64,000 bases of DNA, from assembly GCA_040954595.2 (NCBI GenBank), contig CM082588.2:2330144-2394143 (forward strand), in the 5' to 3' direction. This document shows, piece after piece, positions 1-14,900 of the stretch. The translations under genes were made by a program, and so were the position numbers. The notes below the pieces were generated by a model. It saw nothing but the letters and a program-made list of their open reading frames with translations. It was not told the DNA's origin and ran no database searches. Position 1 is the stretch's first letter, and each line of letters starts with the position of its first letter. This DNA is from Balanoglossus misakiensis. Lineage: Eukaryota; Animalia; Hemichordata.

Positions 1-3000
1 TTTCAAAATTTGGTGGTTTTTCGACAAAAACCATGGGTTATAGCTCATGAAAATCATCCAGAAATGTCAATTTTTCGACTTCGCGAAATTTCAAAATTTG
101 GTGGTTTTTCGACAAAAACCATGGGTTATAGCTCATGAAAATCATCCAGAAATGTCAATTTTTCGACTTCGCGAAATTTCAAAATTTGGTGGTTTTTCGA
201 CAAAAACCATGGGTTATAGCTCATGAAAATCATCCAGAAATGTCAATTTTTCGACTTCGCGAAATTTCAAAATTTGGTGGTTTTTCGACAAAAACCATGG
301 GTTATAGCTCATGAAAATCATCCAGAAATGTCAATTTTTCGACTTCGCGAAATTTCAAAATTTGGTGGTTTTTCGACAAAAACCGTGGGTTATAGCTCAT
401 GAAAATCATCCAGAAATGTCAATTTTTCGACTTCGCGAAATTTCAAAATTTGGTGGTTTTTCGACAAAAACCATGGGTTATAGCTCATGAAAATCATCCA
501 GAAATGTCAATTTTTCGACTTCGCGAAATTTCAAAATTTGGTGGTTTTTCGACAAAAACCATGGGTTATAGCTCATGAAAATCATCCAGAAATGTCAATT
601 TTTCGACTTCGCGAAATTTCAAAATTTGGTGGTTTTTCGACAAAAACCATGGGTTATAGCTCATGAAAATCATCCAGAAATGTCAATTTTTCGACTTCGC
701 GAAATTTCAAAATTTGGTGGTTTTTCGACAAAAACCATGGGTTATAGCTCATGAAAATCATCCAGAAATGTCAATTTTTCGACTTCGCGAAATTTCAAAA
801 TTTGGTGGTTTTTCGACAAAAACCATGGGTTATAGCTCATGAAAATCATCCAGAAATGTCAATTTTTCGACTTCGCGAAATTTCAAAATTTGGTGGTTTT
901 TCGACAAAAACCATGGGTTATAGCTCATGAAAATCATCCAGAAATGTCAATTTTTCGACTTCGCGAAATTTCAAAATTTGGTGGTTTTTCGACAAAAACC
1001 ATGGGTTATAGCTCATGAAAATCATCCAGAAATGTCAATTTTTCGACTTCGCGAAATTTCAAAATTTGGTGGTTTTTCGACAAAAACCATGGGTTATAGC
1101 TCATGAAAATCATCCAGAAATGTCAATTTTTCGACTTCGCGAAATTTCAAAATTTGGTGGTTTTTCGACAAAAACCATGGGTTATAGCTCATGAAAATCA
1201 TCCAGAAATGTCAATTTTTCGACTTCGCGAAATTTCAAAATTTGGTGGTTTTTCGACAAAAACCATGGGTTATAGCTCATGAAAATCATCCAGAAATGTC
1301 AATTTTTCGACTTCGCGAAATTTCAAAATTTGGTGGTTTTTCGACAAAAACCATGGGTTATAGCTCATGAAAATCATCCAGAAATGTCAATTTTTCGACT
1401 TCGCGAAATTTCAAAATTTGGTGGTTTTTCGACAAAAACCATGGGTTATAGCTCATGAAAATCATCCAGAAATGTCAATTTTTCGACTTCGCGAAATTTC
1501 AAAATTTGGTGGTTTTTCGACAAAAACCATGGGTTATAGCTCATGAAAATCATCCAGAAATGTCAATTTTTCGACTTCGCGAAATTTCAAAATTTGGTGG
1601 TTTTTCGACAAAAACCATGGGTTATAGCTCATGAAAATCATCCAGAAATGTCAATTTTTCGACTTCGCGAAATTTCAAAATTTGGTGGTTTTTCGACAAA
1701 AACCATGGGTTATAGCTCATGAAAATCATCCAGAAATGTCAATTTTTCGACTTCGCGAAATTTCAAAATTTGGTGGTTTTTCGACAAAAACCATGGGTTA
1801 TAGCTCATGAAAATCATCCAGAAATGTCAATTTTTCGACTTCGCGAAATTTCAAAATTTGGTGGTTTTTCGACAAAAACCATGGGTTATAGCTCATGAAA
1901 ATCATCCAGAAATGTCAATTTTTCGACTTCGCGAAATTTCAAAATTTGGTGGTTTTTCGACAAAAACCATGGGTTATAGCTCATGAAAATCATCCAGAAA
2001 TGTCAATTTTTCGACTTCGCGAAATTTCAAAATTTGGTGGTTTTTCGACAAAAACCATGGGTTATAGCTCATGAAAATCATCCAGAAATGTCAATTTTTC
2101 GACTTCGCGAAATTTCAAAATTTGGTGGTTTTTCGACAAAAACCATGGGTTATAGCTCATGAAAATCATCCAGAAATGTCAATTTTTCGACTTCGCGAAA
2201 TTTCAAAATTTGGTGGTTTTTCGACAAAAACCATGGGTTATAGCTCATGAAAATCATCCAGAAATGTCAATTTTTCGACTTCGCGAAATTTCAAAATTTG
2301 GTGGTTTTTCGACAAAAACCATGGGTTATAGCTCATGAAAATCATCCAGAAATGTCAATTTTTCGACTTCGCGAAATTTCAAAATTTGGTGGTTTTTCGA
2401 CAAAAACCATGGGTTATAGCTCATGAAAATCATCCAGAAATGTCAATTTTTCGACTTCGCGAAATTTCAAAATTTGGTGGTTTTTCGACAAAAACCATGG
2501 GTTATAGCTCATGAAAATCATCCAGAAATGTCAATTTTTCGACTTCGCGAAATTTCAAAATTTGGTGGTTTTTCGACAAAAACCATGGGTTATAGCTCAT
2601 GAAAATCATCCAGAAATGTCAATTTTTCGACTTCGCGAAATTTCAAAATTTGGTGGTTTTTCGACAAAAACCATGGGTTATAGCTCATGAAAATCATCCA
2701 GAAATGTCAATTTTTCGACTTCGCGAAATTTCAAAATTTGGTGCTTTTTCGACAAAAACCATGGGTTATAGCTCATGAAAATCATCCAGAAATGTCAATT
2801 TTTCGACTTCGCGAAATTTCAAAATTTGGTGGTTTTTCGACAAAAACCATGGGTTATAGCTCATGAAAATCATCCAGAAATGTCAATTTTTCGACTTCGC
2901 GAAATTTCAAAATTTGGTGCTTTTTCGACAAAAACCATGGGTTATAGCTCATGAAAATCATCCAGAAATGTCAATTTTTCGACTTCGCGAAATTTCAAAA

Positions 3001-3707
3001 TTTGGTGGTTTTTCGACAAAAACCATGGGTTATAGCTCATGAAAATCATCCAGAAATGTCAATTTTTCGACTTCGCGAAATTTCAAAATTTGGTGGTTTT
3101 TCGACAAAAACCATGGGTTATAGCTCATGAAAATCATCCAGAAATGTCAATTTTTCGACTTCGCGAAATTTCAAAATTTGGTGGTTTTTCGACAAAAACC
3201 ATGGGTTATAGCTCATGAAAATCATCCAGAAATGTCAATTTTTCGACTTCGCGAAATTTCAAAATTTGGTGGTTTTTCGACAAAAACCATGGGTTATAGC
3301 TCATGAAAATCATCCAGAAATGTCAATTTTTCGACTTCGCGAAATTTCAAAATTTGGTGGTTTTTCGACAAAAACCATGGGTTATAGCTCATGAAAATCA
3401 TCCAGAAATGTCAATTTTTCGACTTCGCGAAATTTCAAAATTTGGTGGTTTTTCGACAAAAACCATGGGTTATAGCTCATGAAAATCATCCAGAAATGTC
3501 AATTTTTCGACTTCGCGAAATTTCAAAATTTGGTGGTTTTTCGACAAAAACCATGGGTTATAGCTCATGAAAATCATCCAGAAATGTCAATTTTTCGACT
3601 TCGCGAAATTTCAAAATTTGGTGGTTTTTCGACAAAAACCATGGGTTATAGCTCATGAAAATCATCCAGAAATGTCAATTTTTCGACTTCGCGAAATTTC
3701 AAAATTT
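1..3707. repeat. 88-bp tandem satellite, about 42 copies, truncated by the window start
   Basis: Monomer TTTCAAAATTTGGTGGTTTTTCGACAAAAACCATGGGTTATAGCTCATGAAAATCATCCAGAAATGTCAATTTTTCGACTTCGCGAAA recurs at 1, 89, ... 1321, 2641. Only three substitutions seen (385, 2744, 2920). Confidence 0.98.
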
Positions 3708-4014
3708 CGTCGATTTTTGAGAATGCTGATAAATCTGTTTCAGAGAACATTTCAAAGAAAAAAAAAGCAAAATTCGCCAACATAAATATGCAAATTTGAA
3801 CATACTTTATTTTGATCACCCTCGACACAAAGAATCGTAAGGTTTTCAGGACAAACATTTTTCAGAAAATATATCCTGCAGGTGCATGCTGCCATGTGTC
3901 ACTTTTATCACATTTTCGTAAATGTATAATTTCGCTCATTTTGCACAGGCATAACCTAGGAAGACAAATATCACAAACAAAACAGTAATTAGCCAGTGTT
4001 TTTCCATTTCAATA

Positions 4015-4020
4015 TTTATT
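4015..4020 (-). terminator. Candidate polyadenylation signal (AATAAA) for REV3L, implying a 3' UTR of about 1.9 kb
   Basis: TTTATT on the plus strand, downstream of the REV3L stop at 5915 and after an AT-rich UTR-like stretch. Position is the only support. Confidence 0.4.
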
Positions 4021-5914
4021 CATGTTCTCTGAAGTACAATGAATACAACACCGAAATGCAGTTGTAGCTCACAACCAACAAAAATTTTCCAACGTATTCT
4101 TCTTAAAAACTTTAAATGTCATACAAAATTTGGGGAAATTCCCCTCTCTTGGAACCAGAAGTTTCCAATCAAATAAGTTCATTCTGTAAAATGAGGCTAT
4201 CCTAGCATGAAGTCTACTTCAGATAATCCTAAATCCTCACAATTTTAGCACAGTCCATTTTGAGAAAACATAAGCAAGGTTGTTCCAATAATGGCAGAAT
4301 TCTTAAATTAAACATATGATTGACAGATACATTATATCAAAATGACATGGAAACTACCACAAAACTAAAAACACACCAGTGAAAAAAAACATACAAGATC
4401 TCCATTGCTTTGATTACATCAAACATTCACCAACATATAACAATAAATAATATTCAATTTCAAAAGTGTGAGTTCAACAAAACTAACCCCTCAAAGCTGA
4501 GCTGCCTCCCCCATTGAAATGACAGTGGAATTACCCTGTTACAAACACTACATTCACAGAAAGCTTAAAGACCAAAAAGGAAACAAACTATTTTGTCGCT
4601 ATACTTGACCACCCTGCTTATTATCTGTGGCCCTCTCTATGTGAACTACAGTACTACTTCTGTTTACTATATACAAGTCGAAATAAAAAGAAACATGACA
4701 TGAAACATTGGTGGCGTACTGTCATTTCAAAAGACTTATACTGTACCAGAACACCACAGTCTTAATAAATACACTACCCAAATTACGCCAATCATGCTAC
4801 TTGTAACAACCATTCTGTACAAAAAAAACAAGAAAATACTATAAATAGAGATAATAATATACACATTAAGCTGTACAAATAAATAAGTTTTCTTTTTTTG
4901 CTTCATCTGAAAAAATAATGCTGTGTGTGGGTGAGTTGACTGAATTTTCTCTGAATAAGGTGTTCAATTTACCAACTTGAGGTATTGCTTGTTAGAGAAT
5001 ATAGCCCTAGCACACACACTTTTGAACTACTTCACGAAGTGCATTATTAAACAAAATGAGATTGTGATCTGGAGACATGTCAATCTCTTTACAGTTTAAT
5101 TACAATTTGCATGGAGACATTGATGAAATGATTATGTGCTCGCTAAAGTGATGTACAAAATGCCAACAAGAAAGTAACTGGCCTTATTGAATTTTCTTTT
5201 CTAAATAGGAAAATACTGGCTGCACCTCAAAAGGTCAAAGTTCATCTGCGTTTCACACAGAAATTAACCAATCAGAAAAATTAGATTTCTAGTAAGCGAG
5301 ACTCAAACAATGCATGAAATGCATGAATTCCATTCATATGCACATACATTTCCAAGGCTCTGCAAGATGAAAGGCTTATGACCTATTTGAATGGACGTAT
5401 TTTATGTGGTTGAAGACTAGGAAAGTAGATGGCCCTGTTCACCACAGAATAAAACTAGGAGACTGTGAACTAGCTGTCAAATACTCAATGGTATTTGGTG
5501 TCATTCAACTATGCGTATTTTTGGTGGATTGACACCATGCAGACTTTCAAAATATTGCCCCTGACCCTTGACCCCTGTGACCGATCAAGACAATTGTCTG
5601 AAGACATGATCAAGTACAAACACTACTTCACGAATTCGCATCTTTAGCAAAGTAAGTCGCAAATTCATGAGATACGATGCCAATTTCATTCCAAGATGCA
5701 TCGATTCTGCAGTTTGTTTTCTCTGTGAAAGACTTGTGTACGACACTTTTACACTTGTCCTCTAAGACTCCATACATCATCAATTTACAGCTAGGAGTCT
5801 TCTTGAAGAACATCAATCATCAAGGTCATTCAAATTGTGAATTCAAGATAGCAACGGCTGCTGGAAATGCTTTGTGACTTATCCACTGTTGTCATCTCAC
5901 TGCACTCGTCAAAA

Positions 5915-8900
5915 TCAGAACTCAATCATGCGTATCTGCAGTTGCCGAAGATTGTCCGCCTTGCTGATGTCCCTCTGAGCTTTGGCCAGTCTGTACAACA
6001 CAGGACAGTCCAGAGACACACAGCTGAAGGGAGATTCCAATGTGCCACAACAGTTGCAACAGATCTGCAAAAGAAAGACAACATGTTTCATGAAGCACTT
6101 CTAAATACCTGGTTTCTTGCATTCATTTTTGCTGACACTAAATGTTTATACAGTGCACAGCCTTTGTTTTTAACTGGGATATTATAAAGCATGCAGGTTC
6201 TTTAACTGTTGCAAACTTTGACAAAACAACTTTATTCCTCCATCAAAATACCATCGGAGAATCAGACTGAGTCTGGAGGCTTGTTCTCAGTTTTTACAAG
6301 AAAGCAATACTTGTAATGTTATAACCCACCTTAGACAAATTGTGGTGAGTACGTTCCCACTCCCTTATCTTGGTGTTCAGGACCACTGTCACCCTCTGCG
6401 GGTTACCACGGCAACTGATGCACACGCTCTCCTTAGTGGGTTCTCCACAAACTGGACAGTTCACTGTGTTGAAGTACTGTGAGATGGTGCCCTAGGCAAC
6501 AGACAACGACAAAATGTTAAGAGGGAAAAGTAACAAAGAGAATACCAAATCACAACAATTATACACTATTTTCCTCTGAGTCTGAATTTCTAGGATTACT
6601 ATAACCACAAACTTGGACTACACACCACGTTTATGCCCCCCAGACTAACACCATCATGGGTCACTCACCTTTCTCAGTGATGTCTGAGCACTGAACGAGG
6701 GCACTCGGATAACTTTCGGCAGTTCGTTGTACCAACTCTTGACGTCGACTCCGATCATGGCAAGGACCCTATCCAACGGTGGCAAGATCTGCTTGACGAT
6801 GTAATAGGTGGCGTTCAGTCTCAGATTGCTGTCCTGCAACACTTCTTCTGGTCGCCTCACCAACTGTATAAGTGGCAGTCGGGGGCTTCCGTACACGATC
6901 ACGTAGGGCACTCGCTGACCGGCCCTGGGTTCGGCGCATCTGTCTGCAGCCAACAGCCGTCTGCAAGAAGGACAAGAAGTCTCATTGGCACTGAGAATAA
7001 CACCAGGTGAGTCTGAGACTCTCACCATCTCAACAGCAAAAGGCACACTGAGCAGAACAGATATCACCAGCCATACCAACTAGGCATACCACTGGGGATC
7101 TCAGCAGTGGATCGACGCAGTCATTTAACCTTTAAACCCTGACAATCTGGTGCCCAATGAGATCATATACAATCTTTTTTCTGAAGAGGGTTAAATTAAA
7201 CTCACTTGGATATTTCAAGAGCTGGTACGCAAGCCCCGGGTCTGTAGCCGCCCATACCGCGATATTCCTTGGAGAAGACAAGATCCTGCATGCTGATGCG
7301 TCCCTCTGAGAGTTTCTGACACTGTCTCTGCACAAACTGCTTCACCTGTGATATGTAACGTGTGTTGAACAGCAACTTCAAGGAACGTTCGAGAATCTGT
7401 GAAATACAACAAGCGCCAAGACACACTGAAGAAGACCAAGCATGTACACTGTAAGATATTCTGAGAAATCGCTCTACATTATCCATGGTATAATCTGATC
7501 TCTCTTCCCTCCCTTGCATATGTTTCATGAACATGCCCTCATATTTACCTTCGCAACAGCAGGACAGTTGTCCCTGCGGACAGTCTCAATACCCTTGGCA
7601 TCAAAGTCAGGTTCTGTTTGATCCTCGCTCTCATAACTGTAACCAACGTAGCGTTTCTTGGTTTGGAGGACGCATGGCATGTACACCTGTGTGCGGATAA
7701 CAATCACGATGAAACCATCAATATAATTTTCATGCTACAGATGTATACAATGATGCAAAGGAAAGTTGTGTATACAGATTCAACATCACCAAGGCTGTAA
7801 ACGATGGGCCTGAACGTACAACAGTGCAGTGGGAAACACATTAAGTTCCCTATACATTAGTGAAAACATCATTCATTCATAACCATTTCAGGTCCTGAAA
7901 GATCTATGAATTCTACAAGCTAACAAATACTTTTTACCTTTTCAAATTTCAACTTCACAGGTTTGGGATTGAGTGCGGTTACCTCGCTGGCCATCTCTCT
8001 TCCAATTCTGAATGCCTCAGCTTTGCTCCTTCCTTTGAGCAAGACAAACATACTGCAAGAAAATCAAAAGAACGTAACAAGAAAATTACAGAGCTGAGTA
8101 TATTGTGTTTTATCGTCTAGATCTTGGCTGTGTTGTGTAAACTGAGTGTCTGTGTCCATCTGTTTTGAACAAACTCATGTGTTTTTTTCAGTTGCAACAG
8201 TAACACTGTACACAGGCATACTGAAGCTGTGTGTAACTTACCTGTCTGTGTCACCATACACTACTTCAGCATTCCATTTTGGAGAGTTTCTGACCAGCTC
8301 TATTGCTCTCTCCAATGTTTCCCTGCCTTTCCGCACAACACTGTCTCCAATCTGAAATACACATGGTACAAACATGGTAGAGCTATATTGTCACACAAAT
8401 GGGTTTAAGTACCAAAATAAATAATGTAAATTCATTTGTCAACTTGCAGTACTGAGATTCTTTCCATTTCAAGATGGAAAGTTGACAACTCACCTCAATA
8501 CAGGGCATCCTACCACTGAAGTTAGCAGATGTGTAGCCATACGTCACATTGGCAATTAATTTCAATCCCAGCTGTCTTGCATGTAGTAATTTGTGCAAAG
8601 CCTGTGGTTGTACAACAAAACAAAAATATACTCAGTTACATGATAATATCTCAGATAATTCCATGCTACAGATTTGGCTCATTCCATGTTGAAATCGGGG
8701 ACATACATGTAGGTGTGTGTTAGAGTGGTGACTTTTACCTTATTGTCTTTGTTATCTTTCATTGATTTCTTGACCATAATTCTTGTCTTCAAGATATCCT
8801 CCAGCATTCTGTGTTAGAAAACAACAACGACATATTTTAATGTAAATTTCAGCATTGGCATTTTTTAATAAACAAGTACCATATGACATAAAATTTGGGA

Positions 8901-11900
8901 ACAGCCACTTACTTTGGGACAACACCCTTTCTGATTTTTGGTTTGACAAACGCCACGCCATTGGGTGAAACATGGATGCCATCTCTCTTCTGCAGTCTCC
9001 GTAGCAATCCTGGTGGCACATTCAATGACAGACAACCCAGTGGAATTTCTCCACTCCTGGGCAGACATGGAAGAGACAAGAGGAAAACAGATTATTTGCA
9101 TGACTTTTTTAGAAAAATGTGCCAATGATTACAATAAATTTGGATGCAGGTAAAGTGAGTGTACAGATATCTATAGCAATGATTATACGTCAGTATACTA
9201 TTATGCGACAGTAATAATCTGACAATATTTTACTCACTCTTCCAGAAACTTGACTCTTCCCAGGCAGGTGGAGAAGCAATAGTTGTACGCTATCATCATG
9301 GACGGATATAAGGACTGGAAATCCAACACTACCACTGGGTCGCTATAGAAACTAGACTCTGGTTCCATGTTTAGTGGCAAACACTCGGGTGCCTTGCTCC
9401 TGAAAGATGAAGTATTAAGAAAATCTGACCATCAGTGATCATGAATAACTCTCTTGGAAGAAAATCGGCCACAAATACATCCCAATTTGACCACAGAAAA
9501 CAACAGATTTGGATCAAACCAAGGCAGAGACAGCAGGCAAGGGTTATTAAAAGGCTCTCTCACCTTGCTCTTTGCTGGACACTGGGAGAGGATGCAATGT
9601 AGTTCATCGGCTTGGCCAATCTCAGCATCATGGACTCCACACGGTACTGTCAAATACAAGGTCAACAGTTACACACATGGTCATGTTCACAGATTGATTG
9701 AATTTAAGCTGCAAATTGAAGTACCATATTGTGCAAGGAAACACCATAGAGATACTTAGTACTTCGCAAAAGTGAAGTCACAAAACTATAATTTGCACCA
9801 ACCTGTGTTCCCCTGGACAACACATGGTAGAATTCAATCCCAAAGACCCTTGCAAGCTCACTGGTTTTACCAATCAAATCCAGCTGCTCCATAATCTGCT
9901 GCTGACCCCTGACCCTAGCCACATAATAGTCTATGGTTCGCCACCTGTGGTAAAAAAAGTGTTAAAATCATGTCTACTGGTTGTGTGGGTAAGAGCACAG
10001 ACTTGAGGGGTAACACAGTACTCTGACTGATTCTAGACAATGTCTGACACTGCGACAAGCCACCCTTACCTGTACAGATCGGTCTTGTGTTCGAACCAGT
10101 CGGAGAGCGATCGGAAGGAGTAGCGGGGGAATCTCTGATGCAGAACGTGAAACGCCACATTCTCAAAGGTGTAGATGTTCAAGGTAACCTGCAAAGCAAT
10201 GATGCACAGTTTGGTGAAAAAAGGAAAGAAACAATGTGAAACATGCACTTGATTTTTGAGTGACACCCAGGAATAATACTTTCCTACCAAATACAGTAAA
10301 ACCTGTTTAAACCAAACCCTGTCTGATAAGGAAACCTGGTCTTATACTGAACATACTTTCCAGTCCCACGTTTAAAGAACCTTAAAACCAGACACCACAT
10401 AATTCATAGGAAGAAGGGTTCAAAGCAAAACTTACTTCATGTCTCAATACTCTCCACAGATTCAAAACTATTCGACCAACAATGTGAATATCTGACATAT
10501 GCTCTGGTCCATAATCATCCTGTCCAACAGCAAAGCGATTGTCTTTCTTGGTTCCTGAAAAAAAAACGAAGAAACCACAGTGAAAAGATAGAAAACATTA
10601 TTGTTGAAACGTAGAATTGAAAAAATTCTTCAAAGTCAACTTTCAGTGGTACAAATCAAGGAGAACTGTGGGTAATTTATCCTTCTGTGGAGGAATGGCA
10701 GTCAGTGGAAGCGAGTGCAGTTTTCAAACTCATGTTACCTGGAATCCTGGACAGCTGTTGGCTGAGATGATATTCCAGCACCATGGCTCTCTGCAGTAGA
10801 TATCCCCACGACAACATCTGTATCTCATAGCCAATCAGTATGTCAGGATCCCACCTGGTCAAACAACCAATCAGATTAAAGTGTTGAATATTTGTAAGTA
10901 TAGGGGTTGCATTGGGATGAGAGTGTGTGTTGATGGTGTGAATAGGGTTAAGGTTCAAAGGTTAAAGGTATAAATGAAGTGTTGACTCACTTTCTGAATA
11001 AAGTCACAAATTCTTCAAACAAAGCTTTCTCATCAGCCACATAGTTCACGTGAAGATCGGTCACCCCTGACCTGTGCAGTAACCTCTGACCTCTGACATG
11101 CTCAGTTGCTTTGGAAGTGCTTGGTTGGTTTTCATCTGGGCCAGCATTCTGATTGGCCGAGTCTTTGTCCACAATGATGACACCGGTGATGTTGGCTTTC
11201 TTCCCAGATGACGATGGATAATCAGAATGGATTTGGTAGAACAGTGCTTTGATGGGATCAAATTCTGGGTCTGGACACAAATCTTTCCTGGTTCGCAGGT
11301 GTAATTCCATGCATATTGTAGTCAAATATTGCACCTGGATAAAATGTATGAATGGGTTGAGAAAAATTAGATATCTCACAATGATTGACATATTATAGCA
11401 GCATAGGAAGCCCCTTCAAACAAAACCAACAAAGACTGCTCTCTTACCTCATGCAATGCCTTGGCATCTTGTAAATTCTCCATGGTCACTTTGAAACCAT
11501 AAGTGTTGTTTGGCGTGGGGCCCTCTATCTGACTGATATCGGACAATCTCCTTGTCACAGGGGTTAGGAATTGGTTCTGAAAAATACCCACACAGTTTAA
11601 GGTGAAAGTCATGAAGGTTAATCTACAGGGAGAATTTAATCTAAAGAGAGGGTTTTAATGAAATTCAAGATCAATACAGACTAACCTTGATCTGGCTCGT
11701 CAAGAGAGCCCTCCTTAAATTTTTAGTTCCACCAGATTCCAACCTGCTGAGTTTGGGTCTCTCTGCTGGCTGAGCCACTGCGTCACTGCTCAGTATTGGG
11801 GTACACTTGGGTAGGGCTAGCTGTGTCGGTCTGCACGGACCAGTTGGGGTACTGTGTTGGGGACCGGCGAGTTCACGGTCCTGGGTTGGCGTGATTCGTC

Positions 11901-14900
11901 CGGTTCCTGCTGGTTTCAGAGTCTCTGGTGTCACTGGGGAAGGCGGCTTACTCCTTTCAATCTGTGTCAGTGACTCCCTGTCACGACTGCTCCCCTGACT
12001 GTTTCCCTGACTACCAAAGAGGAACACCAAAGACCGACGTCTTTTGGCCTCCGGTGATGGACTGATTACATCCAAGTCATCACTAGCGTCTTTACCACTC
12101 TCAGGAGACAAATTTATGTCGTTTTTCACCTTCAATGTACTCTCCTCTTCCGCGTCATTTTCTGGTTCATCCTCAAAAGTCAAATCAGTTGCTTTTGTAT
12201 CCTTTGACATGTCACATCTTTCACTAACAATTTGCAAATTTTTTGCATCTCTTTGCCCTGGTAAAATTTTAACACTTTTGCTCTGTTTCCCTCTCAACCA
12301 TGCCACGACTTTCTCCCGGCTAGGCGGGTCCTTGCTCGGGGCTAGTATAACATCCTGGTCCCCCATGAAAGCAGCTTTCATTTGAGGATTCCTGTCAATC
12401 TCACTGATGACATTGAAATCTGAGCTGGGCATCTGCGAGCCCTGGCTCACAGCAAGCATTGTTTTCCAGTGCCGCAGACCCTCCTGCGACAATCTACTAT
12501 CGAAATCCGGCAGCTCGGACGGAAGCACTGAATACAGCTTCAACTGCTTGCCTCCAACCTCACTAAAGATACAAATAAAGTAAAGTTCCAGGTCACTTGC
12601 ACATAACGACAGTTTCACAGTCTTCTTCGTTGCTGAAGAACATCGAAAATTTCAACACCACAATATCTTGACACAAGTCAAATTATTTTCACTTTTCGAG
12701 CAAAGCTCACAATTTCTTCAATAATTATATTTTTTTACATTTCTCTACACATTATGTACAAATTATGTCAGGTCCCAGAAGCGTTAAGCCTGCACACTCG
12801 TATCAGTTCTCAATATCCATACCTTGTCTTCTCGGGGAGGTCGTCAGGGTTACTGTAAAATGCAGCTTTGTGTCGCACACCAGGAAGGCCAAATTCATTC
12901 AGATTGTCTTTTACTTTTTCCTTAGCAGGTGGAATTTCTAGCGGAGTCCAGATTTTGACAGAGTTTTGGCACAGGTTGTGTTCCGAGTTGTTCTCTTGCG
13001 ATGAGTCTCCCGATTTGTTGCTGTTTTGTGAGTTGCTTTGAAGCGAGGATGGAGAGAGATCCATGGATTCCTCGTGCGGCTGCTGACCTGGCTGTAAAGA
13101 GAACGATGAGTCGTTCAGTTTTTCCGAGTTGCTCGTGGCCTCTTGTGATCTTGGTAGATTGTTGATACCCTCTGGAGGGGAATCTTTCGGTGTCCTTGGA
13201 GAGTTGCCATTGGAGAGTACATCTCCATTTGCCTTTTCAGGGGTCAGAGTTGAAGGTTCACGACCAGCATTAGTCCTTGCATCTGTTTTCTCACAACTGG
13301 TCTCACTCTCACTCTCGCTGTCTGTGTCAAGCCTTAGCGTCAGGTTTTCTGTAGAATCCCCCCTTTTTAAAGTTGGACATTCCTGACTGCTGTTCCAGCT
13401 ATTTCCACCATCGTCACCCAAAAGATCAGACTCTGACACTTGTTGACTGCTACGGCAGTTCACATCCCATGCTTCGCCACTTTTGTCATGTCCTGTTGAT
13501 TGCTCAACACTGTCCACTGGTGGTGACCTTTGGCTTTGGACTGACTGTGGCATTTCTGAACGGTCTTTATCCGACGTCAAATTCTCATTAACCTTTTCAT
13601 TCTCTTTAGAGAGACCTTGCTGATTGTCACTACCGCTGCTGCTATTAATTGGAGTGAAACAAGGTGTGGGTGATATTGACATCTGATTATCTGCATCCTG
13701 TGGGCTCACTTCAGGACTATCGCCAATTGGACCTGTCTCCGCAGAAGTCAAAGTCAACTGGGTGTCTATGTCACTGCTGTTTCGTCTACTGTCTCCATCT
13801 GCTGTCGAATCACTTGCATTACTGGTCCTCGAGGAACTCCTGCTCATCTCTTTCGATTCCTCCCCTTCTGCTTTTTTATCTTTCTTTGATTTGGTACTCG
13901 TTTTCCCAGCTGCTTTGGTCTTCGTTGTCTGCTCACTCTTTGGTTGCTTTTTCCGTTTCTTCGTCTTTTCTCCGTTTCCACTTTTTCCGGCATCCTCTCC
14001 CTGGGTCAGCCAGTTCTTGTCAGGCATTGAGGACGGCAGAGGTTGCTGAGGACTGGGTTTGGCCACGGTGGGGTACGAGTCACCATAACTCATGGGCATG
14101 ACGTTTGCCGATGTGCCGTATGGCTCAGACATGCTTCTTGACAGTGTCCGGGAGGCTGGTATTGGATATAGACTTGGCTTTGGCACACCAGACTGTTGGT
14201 ATCCTTTATTGGATGGCATCACACCACTGCTCTGTGTGTACATCTCGGATTGGTTATAAGACTGTGACCTCCCGTAACCTACTTGCATGGGAGTGTTATT
14301 CTGCTGTGATCCCATATATTTATACCCATCTCCCTGGCCTGGCACAAAGCTGTTTGGCATACCTTGCTGATTGAAGGTATAATTGGGAGAAGGCTGTCCA
14401 ACGGATGGGGTCGGGGTTGTTGGAGCAAGATGTGTCTTGTCCCGATACTGGGAGAAGTCTGAAAAATTGCCCTGTGCACCGAATGTCCCATTGGGGTCCG
14501 ATTCTACATATGGGGGTGACATCAGATCGTATTGCACTTGATTGTTCTGTGGCACTGGCATGTGAAGAGGTTCAGGTCTTTGTCTCTGGTAGTCCTGCTG
14601 GTGGTAGGCACTCCCTGGTGGTTGTGGGAAGGTTCCACTGCCCTGGGGCTGGAAGGTGTTCTCGGCGGAGGCTGCAGTAGTTGTAGGGGCAAACTGCTGG
14701 AACTGACTTCCCTGTGAGAAACCAGCCCCGCTGGCAAACTTCTCAAACCCACTGCCCTGTCTCGGGGGTCTGTACGGTGGCGGTGGCTTCCGGTAGTCAT
14801 CCGGCATCCTGGGACTGGTGCTGGCATAACCCTGCCCCTGTTGTTCTGAGTTGGCAGAAGTCATGTACATTGGATCCATGGGTACTGCCCCGGCCGGTCC

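Noticed and set aside
18-40. CENP-B-box-like TTCG...GGG in the 88-bp monomer
   Set aside because: Spacing and the CGGG core do not match TTCGnnnnAnnCGGG.
3567-3858. ORFs at the satellite edge
   Set aside because: Translations of the repeat and its tail with no protein features.
9110-9153. Plus-strand NDYNKFGC resembling a REV3L segment
   Set aside because: Wrong strand and intronic. The true exon 9056-8913 supplies the equivalent segment.
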